A stretch of DNA of 56,173 bases, taken from NCBI GenBank assembly GCA_050633245.1, contig JBOEGD010000020.1, positions 1-56,173 of the forward strand, written 5' to 3'. Shown here piece after piece: positions 9,771 through 20,270 of this stretch (positions are counted from its first letter, which is position 1; the number at the start of each line of letters is the position of its first letter). A program made the position numbers and the translations under genes. The notes under the pieces are model-generated. The model was not told the origin of the DNA and did no database searches. It saw only the letters and a list, made by a program, of their open reading frames with translations. This DNA is from Calditrichia bacterium (GTDB taxonomy: Bacteria > Calditrichota > Calditrichia > RBG-13-44-9 > J075).

Positions 9771-12700
9771 TGTTTGATTTTCCCGGATATACATTTAAAG
9801 AGCAGCTCCACGAAGGTCGAAATACTGTCGTTGTGCGTGCAACTCGCCAGTCTGATAAGGCTCCGGTAATTTTGAAGGCGCTACAAAAGCGTAACCCGTA
9901 TCCACATGAGGCGGTGCAACTGCATCATGAATATGATGTGCTACAGACGCTAGCTGATGTAGGGGGTGTTGTGAATGCTTATGGCGTTGAGCGTGCTCAA
10001 GGCATTCATGCACTTGTTCTGGAAGATGGTGGAGGAGATTCGCTACGTAAAGTGATTGCGCGTAGCCAGCGGAGCCTGGAATTGTTTTATTCTCTTGCAA
10101 TCGAATTAGTTAACGTCATAAAAGCTGTTCATGATGCCCACATTCTGCATAAAGACATCAACCCCAATAATATTGTCTATCATTCTGTAACAGGTCGTGT
10201 TTCGCTTATCGACTTTGGCAGTGCGTCCAGGTTGTCCAAGTCGCAGGCCTCAATATTGAACCCGGCTCTCATTGAAGGCACGTTGGCCTATATCGCTCCG
10301 GAACAAACGGGAAGAATGAATCGCTCCATCGACTATCGTAGCGACTACTATGCATTGGGGGTAACGTTATATGAGCTGTTGTTGGGGATTCAGCCATTTC
10401 GCTCCAGCGATCCCATGGAGCAGATTCACAGCCACATTGCCCAGAAACCAGTCTCCCCACATATTTTGAACCGAGATATCCCGAAAATGTTGTCAGATAG
10501 CGTACTTAAGCTTATTGCGAAACATCCGGAAGACCGCTATCAGAGTGCAGAAGGGATTTTAGCTGACCTGGAATTTTGCCGCCAATCATCCGGCGATAGA
10601 CATTCTACCGGAGAATTTGTGCCAGGTAAACAGGAGGTGATGCGGCGATTACGCATTCCCGAAAAGCTATTTGGGCGTGAAAAGGAAATTGAGGCGCTTC
10701 GCGAGGCTTTTAAGCGAACCTTAAATGGACGGGAAGAATTTCTTCTGATTTCAGGTGGAGCAGGAGTTGGAAAATCAGTATTAGTGAATGAACTGCACAA
10801 GCCTGTATTGGCAGGCAATGGGATCTTTGTCTCCGGTAAGTTCGATCAACTTCAGCGCAATGTACCTTACTTTTCTGTTAGCAGAGCTTTTGAGGCGCTG
10901 ATAAGAAACTGGTTGTCTCAAGAAACCTCAATCTTGGAACACTGGCATGATAAACTGCAAGAGGCGCTCGGCAATAATGTGTCGGTACTCATTCAAGTGA
11001 TCCCCGAAATGGAGTTCTTGTTTGGTAAACAACCAGACCCTCCTGAGCTACCTGATGCCGAGACTAAAAACAGAATGCGTGAGGTGTTTGGACGATTTAT
11101 TCGCTCGATAGCAACGCCAGAGCATCCATTGGTATTGTTTATGGACGATCTACAGTGGGCTGATGGCGCATCGATTCAACTGTTGGAAATGCTCCTGACG
11201 GATTCCTTTGATACCTTTATGTTGGTTATTGGCACTTATCGTCCAAAAGAAGCGGTCAACAACACCCAGTTAATGACCTCTTTCGAAAACCTCGGTAAGC
11301 AGAACTTTGATATTACCGAAATAAACCTCGACCCATTGGATAAAGCTGCTGTTCAGCAAATGATCAGCGAAACGGTTCATCAGGAACCGAAAAAAGTAAC
11401 GGAATTGGCAAATCTCATTTTTCAAAAAACGGATGGCAATCCCTACTTTATTGGTGAATTTATCGGCTCTCTTCGAGAAAAAGAATTGTTGAAATTTGAT
11501 TACTCCGATCAGCGCTGGAATTGGGATCTAACTGAAATCGGCCGTGAAGGCATCACCGATAATGTTGTCGCACTAGTAAGTGAGAAGATTGGCCGTCTCG
11601 ATCCCGAAACGCAAAAGACACTCACGCTTGCAGCATGTATTGGTACTCGTTTCCAGTTGGGCATGCTGGTACATTTACGCAAAGTAGGACTGCGCGACAC
11701 CGTACTTCATCTCGATGAAGCAATTAAGAACGGCATGATTTACCCACATTCAACTAATTACACCTATTTGTATCGGCTTGCCGAGGATGCAGATAAACAA
11801 GCGTATAAATTGCCCTCCGAATATGAAGAACTGGAATTTTCGTTTTCTCATGATCGTGTTCAGCAGGCTGCATATGGATTAATCCCGGAATCCTCAACGT
11901 CGACAATGCACTTAAAAATCGGTCGGCGAATGCTGAAAGGGGAAGCGGGCATACCGGAAGATGATACTCTGTTTGATGCGCTGACGCATATCAATAAAGG
12001 ACTGCGGCATGTTAAACATATCGATGATCGCAAGCGTATTGCCGAGCTAAATTTGTTGGCTGGGCGCCGGGCAATTGCTTCGGTGGCATACGAGCCGTCT
12101 CTCCTGTTTCTGGAATCTGCTTCAAAAGGGCTGGGTAAAGAAAACTGGCAACATGATTATGACTTGTGTCGCAATGTGGAGCTGGAATATGCTCATGGTC
12201 TTCAGCTAAATGGGCAAATGGAGGAGGCGCACTCCGTGTTGCAGCGAATGCTTGATGTTGTAACGTCGGACATTGACAAAGCTCGTGTACAGGAGCTGCT
12301 GGTGCGAATGCACATGCAGAATGGGGATTATGACCAGGCGTTGGAAATTGGCCTGGAAGGCCTTGCGAATACGGGCATGAAGTTTCCCTCGACTGCCAAT
12401 AAGCTACAGGCCGGAAAAGAGATTTTAAGAACGCGACTTTTGCTGCGTGGTAAAACAATTGAAGATTTAATTAACCTGCCAGACATGAAGAACGAGGGTG
12501 CGCAGATTTCGCTTGCGATCCAGAGTTCGCTTCAGGGAATTCATTATGGCAGAAGCGCCGAGTTAAGTGGTATTAATATTTGTAAACAGCTGCTGACTGT
12601 TTTAAAACACGGTCTTTCTGCAGAGGCGTCCAATGCTTTTTCTCTATATGGAATGCTGCTTGCTATCGGGCTTGGCAATTATCAGGATGCTCGCGCCTTT

Positions 12701-15223
12701 TGTAAGTTGGGAATTAAGAATGCAGACAAGTTTGAAGACAATTTTCAAAAGGGACGTGCTATATTTACTCTGGCCTCCTCGGTTAACCACTGGACGCGGC
12801 CGGTCGAAAGTAACCTGAAACTAATAGAAGAAGTAGCTGTCCTTGCAGAAGAAAGTGGCGATTTACTCTACCGCGGGTTTTGTATTACGCAATCTGCAAA
12901 TATAATGCTGTTGCAAGGCAAACCTCTGAAGGAAACACAAGGGAAGTTTGTGAATTTTATGTCCTCCGCAAATCGGATGAAGTTTGTTCCCGCACAATAT
13001 TTTCTCGCTCTATCTTTACAGACAATTGCAGCGCTCCAGGGCGAAACAAAATCTCCTCTTAGCTTACAGTCAGAGACATTCGACGAAGATTTTTATCGAA
13101 ATGAGCAGCTTGACACCACGCTGGGATGGGTTCTGATTTGGTATTTGCAGCAAAAGCTGTTTCTGGGCTTACTATTTAATCAGCTGGACGATAAGCTTAT
13201 CGCTATGGCAGAGGAGCATCGACACAATGTGTTGGGGCAATTTAGTGAAGCGGAATACCTCTTTATTCGTTCGCTGATTCTCATTAGAAAAAGCCCCACG
13301 ACACGCGATGGAGATCCTCGCTTACCCGGTCGGGCAGCACGGAAAGAGATTGCCGCCAATCAGCGACGCTTTCGCAAATGGCAGAGTCTTGTACCGGAGA
13401 ACTTTAAAGCACGCTATCTGTTGGTGGAGGCAGAACGCGCTCGACTTTCCAGAAAAGAGGCGCTGGCAATGCGCTATTATGATGAGGCCATTGACGCTGC
13501 ATCAATGTACGAGCATCTGCGAGATGAAGCATTAGCAAATGAGTTAGCTGGTCTCTTCTTTCATCAGCTGGGGCGCCAACGTCAGGCCGCACTGTACATG
13601 CAGGAAGCCGTTTATTGTTATTCTCGTTGGGAGGCATGGGCCAAGGTCGAACAACTGCGTAGTGATTATGATCAGCTTCTTTCCGGTGGAGACTCACGTC
13701 ATTTCTTCACGGGCGGTAAGCGACTTAATCCAATTACAGATTCGACTGAAACGGTTGCCATTGAGTTGGATATTGCTACAATAATGAAGTCTGCGCAGAT
13801 ATTCTCTCAGGAAATTGTACTTGGTAAATTGCTCGAAAAGCTTATGCGTATCGTAATGGAAAATGCCGGTGCCGAACGTGGAAGCTTGATTATGGATAAT
13901 GATGGCAGGCTGGAAATTGAAGCCTATGGACAAATTGCCGATCAGGAAATAACTGTTTTAGAATCGCTTCCGGTAGAAAAGAGTGATATTTTGTCTGCTG
14001 CGGCCGTCAATTTGGTGGCTCGCAAGCGGCAGCCGCTGGTGGTCGACGATGCTTCGGCGCATCTCGATTATGTTAGCGATGCCTATGTGCAGCAAAATGC
14101 GGTTAAGTCTCTACTCTGTATGCCGGTACTTAACCAGAATAAACTTGTTGCTCTACTTTATCTCGAAAACAATCTTGTTAGTGGTGCGTTTACGCCGGAA
14201 CGCTTGCAGGTTCTGAAAATGTTGTCTGCCGATATTGCGATTTCTATTGAGAATGCCCGTCTTTATTCCAAGCTGGAAGACTATAGCCATACGCTGGAAG
14301 ATCGGGTGCAGGAACGTACTCAGGATCTTCAACAGCGCACAGAAGAACTACAGTCTGCTCTTGAAGAACTGAAGGGGGCCCAAACGCGGCTGGTTCATGC
14401 TCAAAAAATGGCTTCGCTCGGAGAGTTGACAGCCGGAATTGCACATGAAATTAAAAACCCGCTAAACTTCATTAACAACTTTGCGCAGCTGGCGACGAAT
14501 CTGGTTTCAGAGCTTGATGAAGTATTACAGCAGCCTGAGAAGATTCAGGAAGAAGATGTTCAGGAAGAAGTAAAGGACATTATGCAGACCCTGCAGCAAA
14601 ATACCGGCAAGATTGCCGAACACGGCAAGCGTGCGGACGATATTGTAAAAGGCATGTTGATGCACTCGCGCGATAAAACCGGCACTGTCCAGCAATTTAA
14701 TTTGAATCGAGTGCTTGCCGATGCGTTGAACCTGGCCCAACAGAGCCACTTTGCTCAGCATCCCGATCTGAAAATTCGCTTTCGCAGTGATTATGATGAT
14801 AGTGCCGGTGATATTCCCGGCGTTCCACAGGACATTAGTCGTGCGCTGCTGAATTTGTTGACAAATGCTTGTCATGCGGTTCGAGCACGTGCCGAGGAAA
14901 GCTCTGATATTGATTACGGTCCGCTGGTGGAGGTGTCTACTAAACAGACGTCAGATTCCATTATTGTGCGAGTACGCGATAATGGGGAAGGAATATCTAA
15001 AGAGAACCTTGGGAAGATCTTTAATCCATTCTTTACTACCAGACCGGCCGGCGAAGGCACCGGGCTTGGGCTGTCTATCTCTTATGATATTGTGGTGCAG
15101 GAACACGGTGGCTTGCTGGAGGTCGCAAGTGAAAAAGGAGAGTTTTGCGAGTTTTCGCTCGCCTTGCCGACAGATGAGGATAGTACCAGGCCGCTGTTGG
15201 CAAATCCAAAATCAATAAGCTGA
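9770..15223 (+). CDS. Trifunctional Ser/Thr kinase - AAA ATPase - GAF - histidine kinase
   Basis: [12 protein letters not shown] and APE kinase motifs; Walker A GGAGVGKS and Walker [10 protein letters not shown]; GAF (LYLENN); H-box [10 protein letters not shown]; FNPFFTT and GTGLGL. GTG start overlaps the upstream TAG. Confidence 0.93.
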   Translation: MFDFPGYTFKEQLHEGRNTVVVRATRQSDKAPVILKALQKRNPYPHEAVQLHHEYDVLQTLADVGGVVNAYGVERAQGIHALVLEDGGGDSLRKVIARSQRSLELFYSLAIELVNVIKAVHDAHILHKDINPNNIVYHSVTGRVSLIDFGSASRLSKSQASILNPALIEGTLAYIAPEQTGRMNRSIDYRSDYYALGVTLYELLLGIQPFRSSDPMEQIHSHIAQKPVSPHILNRDIPKMLSDSVLKLIAKHPEDRYQSAEGILADLEFCRQSSGDRHSTGEFVPGKQEVMRRLRIPEKLFGREKEIEALREAFKRTLNGREEFLLISGGAGVGKSVLVNELHKPVLAGNGIFVSGKFDQLQRNVPYFSVSRAFEALIRNWLSQETSILEHWHDKLQEALGNNVSVLIQVIPEMEFLFGKQPDPPELPDAETKNRMREVFGRFIRSIATPEHPLVLFMDDLQWADGASIQLLEMLLTDSFDTFMLVIGTYRPKEAVNNTQLMTSFENLGKQNFDITEINLDPLDKAAVQQMISETVHQEPKKVTELANLIFQKTDGNPYFIGEFIGSLREKELLKFDYSDQRWNWDLTEIGREGITDNVVALVSEKIGRLDPETQKTLTLAACIGTRFQLGMLVHLRKVGLRDTVLHLDEAIKNGMIYPHSTNYTYLYRLAEDADKQAYKLPSEYEELEFSFSHDRVQQAAYGLIPESSTSTMHLKIGRRMLKGEAGIPEDDTLFDALTHINKGLRHVKHIDDRKRIAELNLLAGRRAIASVAYEPSLLFLESASKGLGKENWQHDYDLCRNVELEYAHGLQLNGQMEEAHSVLQRMLDVVTSDIDKARVQELLVRMHMQNGDYDQALEIGLEGLANTGMKFPSTANKLQAGKEILRTRLLLRGKTIEDLINLPDMKNEGAQISLAIQSSLQGIHYGRSAELSGINICKQLLTVLKHGLSAEASNAFSLYGMLLAIGLGNYQDARAFCKLGIKNADKFEDNFQKGRAIFTLASSVNHWTRPVESNLKLIEEVAVLAEESGDLLYRGFCITQSANIMLLQGKPLKETQGKFVNFMSSANRMKFVPAQYFLALSLQTIAALQGETKSPLSLQSETFDEDFYRNEQLDTTLGWVLIWYLQQKLFLGLLFNQLDDKLIAMAEEHRHNVLGQFSEAEYLFIRSLILIRKSPTTRDGDPRLPGRAARKEIAANQRRFRKWQSLVPENFKARYLLVEAERARLSRKEALAMRYYDEAIDAASMYEHLRDEALANELAGLFFHQLGRQRQAALYMQEAVYCYSRWEAWAKVEQLRSDYDQLLSGGDSRHFFTGGKRLNPITDSTETVAIELDIATIMKSAQIFSQEIVLGKLLEKLMRIVMENAGAERGSLIMDNDGRLEIEAYGQIADQEITVLESLPVEKSDILSAAAVNLVARKRQPLVVDDASAHLDYVSDAYVQQNAVKSLLCMPVLNQNKLVALLYLENNLVSGAFTPERLQVLKMLSADIAISIENARLYSKLEDYSHTLEDRVQERTQDLQQRTEELQSALEELKGAQTRLVHAQKMASLGELTAGIAHEIKNPLNFINNFAQLATNLVSELDEVLQQPEKIQEEDVQEEVKDIMQTLQQNTGKIAEHGKRADDIVKGMLMHSRDKTGTVQQFNLNRVLADALNLAQQSHFAQHPDLKIRFRSDYDDSAGDIPGVPQDISRALLNLLTNACHAVRARAEESSDIDYGPLVEVSTKQTSDSIIVRVRDNGEGISKENLGKIFNPFFTTRPAGEGTGLGLSISYDIVVQEHGGLLEVASEKGEFCEFSLALPTDEDSTRPLLANPKSIS

Positions 15224-15226
15224 TGG

Positions 15227-15697
15227 CTATGCACGAAAGTAGTACCGCACACCGATTCCCAAATTAAAGCTGATCTTTGTTTCCGGTACAACATCCAAAA
15301 TCGGAACCACTTCCATAAAAATATCAAGTGGCGATTTTTTTAGTAAGACATCTATTCCGGTCGGAATCCGTATTCCGATTTTACTCTCCTCGCGAACCTT
15401 CATTCTTGCCCCTAATCCATAGTAAAACGAAATAATCGTTTTTTTGGTAGAGCCTCCGGGCTTGTTTATCAGCCAGTCTCCATGCAGGTGAAGACGTCGC
15501 TGATTGCCGAAAGACCAGCCAAGTCCTGCATCAAAAGCCGTTCCTTTGCCGGTCCAGTATTTTAAGCTGAAGCCAGTGGGCTCACCAGCTATTATTCCCA
15601 CACCCATTAAGGTCGGCTTGTCTTTTGCAGACAGGCTGAACCCACTAAGTATTAAAATTAATAGAATCCAAATTTTGTATTCAGATAATCGCTGCAT
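15227..15697 (-). CDS. Small outer-membrane beta-barrel-like protein (DUF3996-like)
   Basis: Signal peptide, GIIAGEPTGFSLKYW, alternating beta-strand pattern, C-terminal GVRYYF. Confidence 0.7.
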   Translation of the reverse strand: MQRLSEYKIWILLILILSGFSLSAKDKPTLMGVGIIAGEPTGFSLKYWTGKGTAFDAGLGWSFGNQRRLHLHGDWLINKPGGSTKKTIISFYYGLGARMKVREESKIGIRIPTGIDVLLKKSPLDIFMEVVPILDVVPETKISFNLGIGVRYYFRA

Positions 15698-15945
15698 GTT
15701 CAGTTCCGTATCTTATTCAGTCGTGGTAAAGCTATTCACAGGTCGCCGTCGGATCAATAGCCAAAACAAAATTATGGTTGATACCATTGTCTTGAATGGC
15801 TTCAAAGATAGCAGTGTAGCAATCGGGAGTTGTGGTCTATCGCAAAGGCTGGTAAAATTTTGATAAATGGGCATTCGGCAAAATTTAAAATCGAGGCAAA
15901 GTCTGTCAAGTCTTATCAGTCACGACTCACAACCACATTTTCTTC

Positions 15946-15974
15946 TTGCCTTTACGTAACAAGTTACCTATTTT
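15946..15974 (+). promoter_or_regulatory. Putative sigma70 promoter with an inverted-repeat operator in the spacer
   Basis: TTGCCT-17bp-TATTTT; GTAAC-AA-GTTAC (15956-15967) lies in the spacer, upstream of a MarR-fusion gene. Confidence 0.5.
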
Positions 15975-16001
15975 GTTTTAATTATAGTATTGGAGAATAA
16001 A

Positions 16002-16961
16002 ATGGATCTGATCAAGGAGCTGGGAGAACTTGCAATTGCTAGTCGATTACGTCGTATCAGTAACTCATTTATGAATGAAACTCAGGCAATTTACAACTTC
16101 CATCAAATGGATTTTGAGCCGCGCTGGTTTCCAACGTTTTATTATCTGAACAGCATTTATCCCAAAGCGGCGGGAGTAACTGATATTGCAAAGATAACCA
16201 AAGTGAGTCACCCACTGGTTAACCGCTTTGTTAAGCAGCTGTTGAAGAAGGACTATGTTGAAGAGGTTGCGAATGAAGACGATAAACGCAAGCGCCTCAT
16301 CCGCCTTACCCATAGCGGAAATGAATTAGCTGAAGAATTAAAACCGATTTGGGAAGGAATTGAGCTGAGTGCAAGAGAAGTTGCCTGCTCGGTAGATCCG
16401 CGATTTATGAAGCTGTTGGAAGAGCTTGAAGAGCGCATCGAAAGAAAAGGTCTCTTAGATACTTATATGAGTCGCCACAAATCTCGTCGCTACGAAGCGG
16501 TGCGCATTCATTTGAATAATAAAGAGCACTACTTAGATTTTAAGACGGTCAATTTACAGTGGCTGGAAAAGTTCTTCGTAGTCGAACCGAAGGATGTTGA
16601 AATCTTGAGTGCTCCACAGAGCATTATTGATGACGGCGGAGCGGTATTTTCGGCAACGATAAATGATGAGCCGCTCGGCGTTTGCGCGCTTATTAATCTC
16701 GGTGATAACGCTCTGGAGCTTAGTAAAATGGGCGTTTATGAAAAGGCTCAAGGCAAGCAAATTGGCAAAAAGCTGCTTGATGCGGCCATCGAGCATGCGC
16801 GCAAAATGAATGCGCGGGTCGTTTACTTGGAGTCGAGCAATCGTCTGAAGAAGGCGCTCAACCTGTATTTACAGTCAGGATTTGAGTTTACGCCAAGTAG
16901 CCATACCGGCATTTCAGTTTATGAGCGGGCCGACGTATTTATGAAACTGGAACTGAACTAA
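16002..16961 (+). CDS. Bifunctional MarR-HTH regulator / GNAT acetyltransferase
   Basis: ASRLRR..FEPRWFP and DKRKRLIRLT (MarR wing); ELSKMGV, QGKQIG and ALNLY..GF (GNAT). ATG 16002 after GGAG. Confidence 0.9.
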   Translation: MDLIKELGELAIASRLRRISNSFMNETQAIYNFHQMDFEPRWFPTFYYLNSIYPKAAGVTDIAKITKVSHPLVNRFVKQLLKKDYVEEVANEDDKRKRLIRLTHSGNELAEELKPIWEGIELSAREVACSVDPRFMKLLEELEERIERKGLLDTYMSRHKSRRYEAVRIHLNNKEHYLDFKTVNLQWLEKFFVVEPKDVEILSAPQSIIDDGGAVFSATINDEPLGVCALINLGDNALELSKMGVYEKAQGKQIGKKLLDAAIEHARKMNARVVYLESSNRLKKALNLYLQSGFEFTPSSHTGISVYERADVFMKLELN

Positions 16962-17191
16962 TGGGAACCGACTGGATTGCCTACTCAGCCTATATGCTGA
17001 ATTTTACCTCAATGTCTATGCGAAACATTGCCTGGTTACGAGCACTGTCGATCTCGGCAAATATTTTATATGTCTTTTATGGATTTACGATCGGCGCAAG
17101 ACCGCTAATGGTTGGTGGGACGATAGCAATTTGTATTCATGGTTATCAATTATATTGTTTGCAGCGGCGCAACGCAGCACGCTTAACTTAA
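16961..17191 (+). CDS. Small membrane protein (YgjV-like)
   Basis: 76 aa with three hydrophobic segments, LR..S.....YVFYG pattern; TAATG coupling to the upstream gene. Confidence 0.65.
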   Translation: MGTDWIAYSAYMLNFTSMSMRNIAWLRALSISANILYVFYGFTIGARPLMVGGTIAICIHGYQLYCLQRRNAARLT

Positions 17192-17192
17192 C

Positions 17193-17654
17193 TTATTTTT
17201 GAATTGTTGCCTGAACCGGCGCGCCATTGTCAAAATACACGGTGAATAGATGTTTGCTGCTGGTTTTGCACTCGAAGGAAAGGTCCCAGGCATTTGTACG
17301 TTCGCCAGCTTCGGGGATAGTAAGATTAGACCAGCTGAACTCATCTTTGAAACTCTCCGGATATGCTTTGCCAAACGCATCTTCGAACGCCGCCTTCATG
17401 AACGGGTGAATTGCTTTTATCAGCATTTCAAAATTCTCAACTACTGACCGCAGAAACTCTTCCTGCTTCTGCACTGGACCGCTAATTGGTGCAATTATTT
17501 CCAGTCGCAGTCCTTCGCTCATGTTCATAATAATCATTTCTCCTTCCCAGAAACCCGGTGTGGTCTTTCTGGGTGGAACGAACCGCAGTTCGCCGAACAA
17601 TGAGTGCGGGATGCGAATGCCTTTTCTTCGAAAGAGTTTCTTTATCCACTTCAT
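17193..17654 (-). CDS. Hypothetical protein (immunity-protein-like)
   Basis: 153-aa ORF, H..FGEL..W motif and C-terminal WDLSF...FTVYF.NG; part of a minus-strand gene run. Confidence 0.6.
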   Translation of the reverse strand: MKWIKKLFRRKGIRIPHSLFGELRFVPPRKTTPGFWEGEMIIMNMSEGLRLEIIAPISGPVQKQEEFLRSVVENFEMLIKAIHPFMKAAFEDAFGKAYPESFKDEFSWSNLTIPEAGERTNAWDLSFECKTSSKHLFTVYFDNGAPVQATIQK

Positions 17655-17671
17655 ACGAATCGTCCGTTATA

Positions 17672-18151
17672 TCAAAACTTGCGAAGCAGCGTCCAGGACG
17701 TGCCGCTTTCACCTACCTTGACAAACCCCTCTGATTCATAGAGGTTCTTTGCAAAATTACGCGGATCGACGCTTAAGCTTATAGCAGGATAGCCATCGGC
17801 TTCTGCGATATCCACAACGCGTCGTAATAGCTTTCTGCCAATGCCACGATAGCGATATGATTTTACTACTGCAATTCCCAGCTCAGGAATGGCAGGATCG
17901 ACAAAGCCATAAGAATGATTCTCTTCGGTCCAAAGTCGGAACCACGCAGCGCCAGCATGACGCAATCGCTGTGTGGCAACAATGGCGCGATCACCGTCGC
18001 GACCCCAGCCCTTAATAATTGCTTGAAACTCTGGCCGTTGGCGAAACTCTTTGAATTCCGGTCGCGGATGATCGAGGCTCCAAAAAAAGGCTTCGAAAAC
18101 CATGCGTTCCAAGAAATAGAATTCCCACCTTAAAGCAGGGCGTAATTTCAT
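17672..18151 (-). CDS. GNAT family N-acetyltransferase
   Basis: GAAWFR, YGFV..PELGIAV, R..GIG, LSV..N.A..LY..GF. Confidence 0.88.
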   Translation of the reverse strand: MKLRPALRWEFYFLERMVFEAFFWSLDHPRPEFKEFRQRPEFQAIIKGWGRDGDRAIVATQRLRHAGAAWFRLWTEENHSYGFVDPAIPELGIAVVKSYRYRGIGRKLLRRVVDIAEADGYPAISLSVDPRNFAKNLYESEGFVKVGESGTSWTLLRKF

Positions 18152-18235
18152 GATCGATTACTACTCTCATCCATAAAAGTGAATAGCAATCTAGTAAATT
18201 CAACTATTTTTGTCAAGTTTGTCGCTTCAACAAAG

Positions 18236-18607
18236 CTATTGAAAAGGTTTGTCAAAATAACGTCCACTGAGAATTGCAGGTACGCATGCCACTAGTTGAT
18301 AGAATGGAATAACAACAAATACCAGCGCGCTTTGGGCATCCTGCTGCCCACTGAACGCATCAAAATAGATATAGGTGCTTGCTGTAATGATGAGTGCCCA
18401 TGGAAGGATCGCTTTGGCTGCCGCCGATGACTTGAATATTCGATTGTTGAATGTGGCGAGCAGGCCGAATGGCAACATTAACAACCCGACGAGAAATAGA
18501 GCGATGACATAGATGAACCAGGAATCAAAACTTCCCTGCCCGATAAAAAAGTATAATGAGACCAAAGCACCGATTGCCAGTGTTATGTTGTTGAGTTGTT
18601 TGATCAT
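18236..18607 (-). CDS. Hypothetical membrane protein (4 TM)
   Basis: Four hydrophobic helices and a DAQSALVFV..PFYQ motif; 1-bp overlap with the upstream gene. Confidence 0.7.
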   Translation of the reverse strand: MIKQLNNITLAIGALVSLYFFIGQGSFDSWFIYVIALFLVGLLMLPFGLLATFNNRIFKSSAAAKAILPWALIITASTYIYFDAFSGQQDAQSALVFVVIPFYQLVACVPAILSGRYFDKPFQ

Positions 18608-18870
18608 TACCTCTCCTTAGGTGTTCTCTTTTTCCTTAACGCTTTTATGATCCCGATCAGACTAATGAGTACCCAGAACACTTCTACAAAAAATGCGGAC
18701 AGATTAAACTCATAATACAATGATAGCAAAATGAGTCCAGCCCCTATGGCATTGCTCAGAGAGTAGCTGAGTGCTTCACTGCGGACTTTGTCTAGCTGCA
18801 ACAATAGATAGCTGGCAAGAATTAGTACGACGCCGATATTGCCAGCTACGTCGTGCCACGTGTAACTCAT
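18607..18870 (-). CDS. CBU_0592-like small membrane protein
   Basis: G..GV.LIL..Y.LLQ, Y...N..GA..IL.SL...FN.....E.FW pattern; 3 TM. Confidence 0.75.
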   Translation of the reverse strand: MSYTWHDVAGNIGVVLILASYLLLQLDKVRSEALSYSLSNAIGAGLILLSLYYEFNLSAFFVEVFWVLISLIGIIKALRKKRTPKER

Positions 18871-19259
18871 TCGGCGACCTCAGCTATAACGGTATAATCT
18901 GCTGAACGTAGTGTATTTACCGCTTTTTGTGTTTTTGCTGAATTTACGAGGATGTAGTCGGTGTCGAAGGTGGAAATTGCAAAGATGCTAATCTTGGCTT
19001 TTGCCAAAACGTCTGAGATTCCCGCAAGAATGCCTGTTAGTGAAAAATCCAGTGGACCAAGGACTTCCAGGCATCGCCAGTCGGACTCCTGTTTGTCAGA
19101 TCCGAGAGATATGGATTGTGGAATAACGATTGACAACTCTTTGTTGGTGCGAGTTATTGAAAAGAAAGAAGTCTGATGTACTTCTGTTGGCACTTGCGTA
19201 TTGGCGGAGAAACGGTGTACGGCGAATTTCCCCTCAAGTAATTGTAGTGAAATTTTCAT
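18867..19259 (-). CDS. Tandem ACT-domain protein (ACT_7/CASTOR-like)
   Basis: SITRT..ELSIV, GPLDFSLTGILA and ISTFDTDYILV motifs. Confidence 0.88.
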   Translation of the reverse strand: MKISLQLLEGKFAVHRFSANTQVPTEVHQTSFFSITRTNKELSIVIPQSISLGSDKQESDWRCLEVLGPLDFSLTGILAGISDVLAKAKISIFAISTFDTDYILVNSAKTQKAVNTLRSADYTVIAEVAE

Positions 19260-19342
19260 AAGAGGCTCTTCCTATTTCAGGTGGGATTTGATTTCAGGTC
19301 GCCCGAGAAATTGTTGGTTTTTCCTTGTCAATTTTGAGCCGC

Positions 19343-20170
19343 TTATTTCTTTAGCCGCTTTTTTAGATGGTTCTCCAAAGCGGTGTTTTCAAAGTGTCTG
19401 GCCCATTCAATAGCATCCGCTTTATAGCGCGGATCTTTTATATTCCCTGTTGCATCGCGATCGATTAACCAATCTACCATGTCAATGTCATTCAGATATA
19501 CAGCCTGATGAAGTGCTGTGCATTCCTCATGATTACCCGGTGGAATGGCGTTTATGTTCGCACCCCGCTTTAGTAAGAGGGCTGGCGTATTGTATTTTTT
19601 ATTACGCAGTGCCAGTATGAAAGCCTGATCGATGGCATCCTGCTCTACGGAGTCTTGAATTGCTCCCCATGGGAAGTGAATCGGTAATAGTGCAGAGCTG
19701 AGTTTGCCGTTCTCATCAAAAAAGCGTTCTGTTGCTTCTGCATTTCCCAGCATCGCTGCAGCGCAGAGCGAATTGATTTTAGCTCCATGTTCATTTAACA
19801 AATACGCGGCCATGTCTTGATGTTTCCAATAAAGAGATTCTTCGATTGCTGTCCAAGGGGCTCCATCAGTTAAAGGAACGCCACTACTTATCAGAACGTC
19901 TACCAGTTCCCTGGCATTTACACTGGCAGCTGCAACCAATTGCTTTTTCGTTGTGGAGCCATTTTCAAGAAGATGCGTTAAAAACGTTGCCGCGTCAGGT
20001 ATTTTTCCAAGTCCGCCTTCAACGACAATGAATTGTATTAAATTTGGACTATCGCCGGGGTCATTTGAGGTCATTACAATAAGTTCCGGATTGTGCCGGA
20101 GCAACGATTTAAATAACGCAAAGTCACCCCTATAGGCCGCCTTTATTACCGGTTTGAATTGTTTATCCAT
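19343..20170 (-). CDS. Ankyrin repeat protein
   Basis: LLKRGANIN, TALHQAV and WLIDRDA ankyrin-like repeats; AAGGA RBS. Confidence 0.8.
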   Translation of the reverse strand: MDKQFKPVIKAAYRGDFALFKSLLRHNPELIVMTSNDPGDSPNLIQFIVVEGGLGKIPDAATFLTHLLENGSTTKKQLVAAASVNARELVDVLISSGVPLTDGAPWTAIEESLYWKHQDMAAYLLNEHGAKINSLCAAAMLGNAEATERFFDENGKLSSALLPIHFPWGAIQDSVEQDAIDQAFILALRNKKYNTPALLLKRGANINAIPPGNHEECTALHQAVYLNDIDMVDWLIDRDATGNIKDPRYKADAIEWARHFENTALENHLKKRLKK

Positions 20171-20270
20171 AACATCCTTTGGCTATTTCGCGTTATGCCG
20201 ACGCTGATCTGCATCAAGGCCGGCCAACTACACAGAGCGTTTAACTATTTTATCCTGTCTGGCTCAGTGG

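Noticed and set aside
17193-20270. Integron cassette array of small minus-strand genes
   Set aside because: No integrase; several genes overlap. The only AAC...GTT pair (about 20167-20199) is too short for an attC site.
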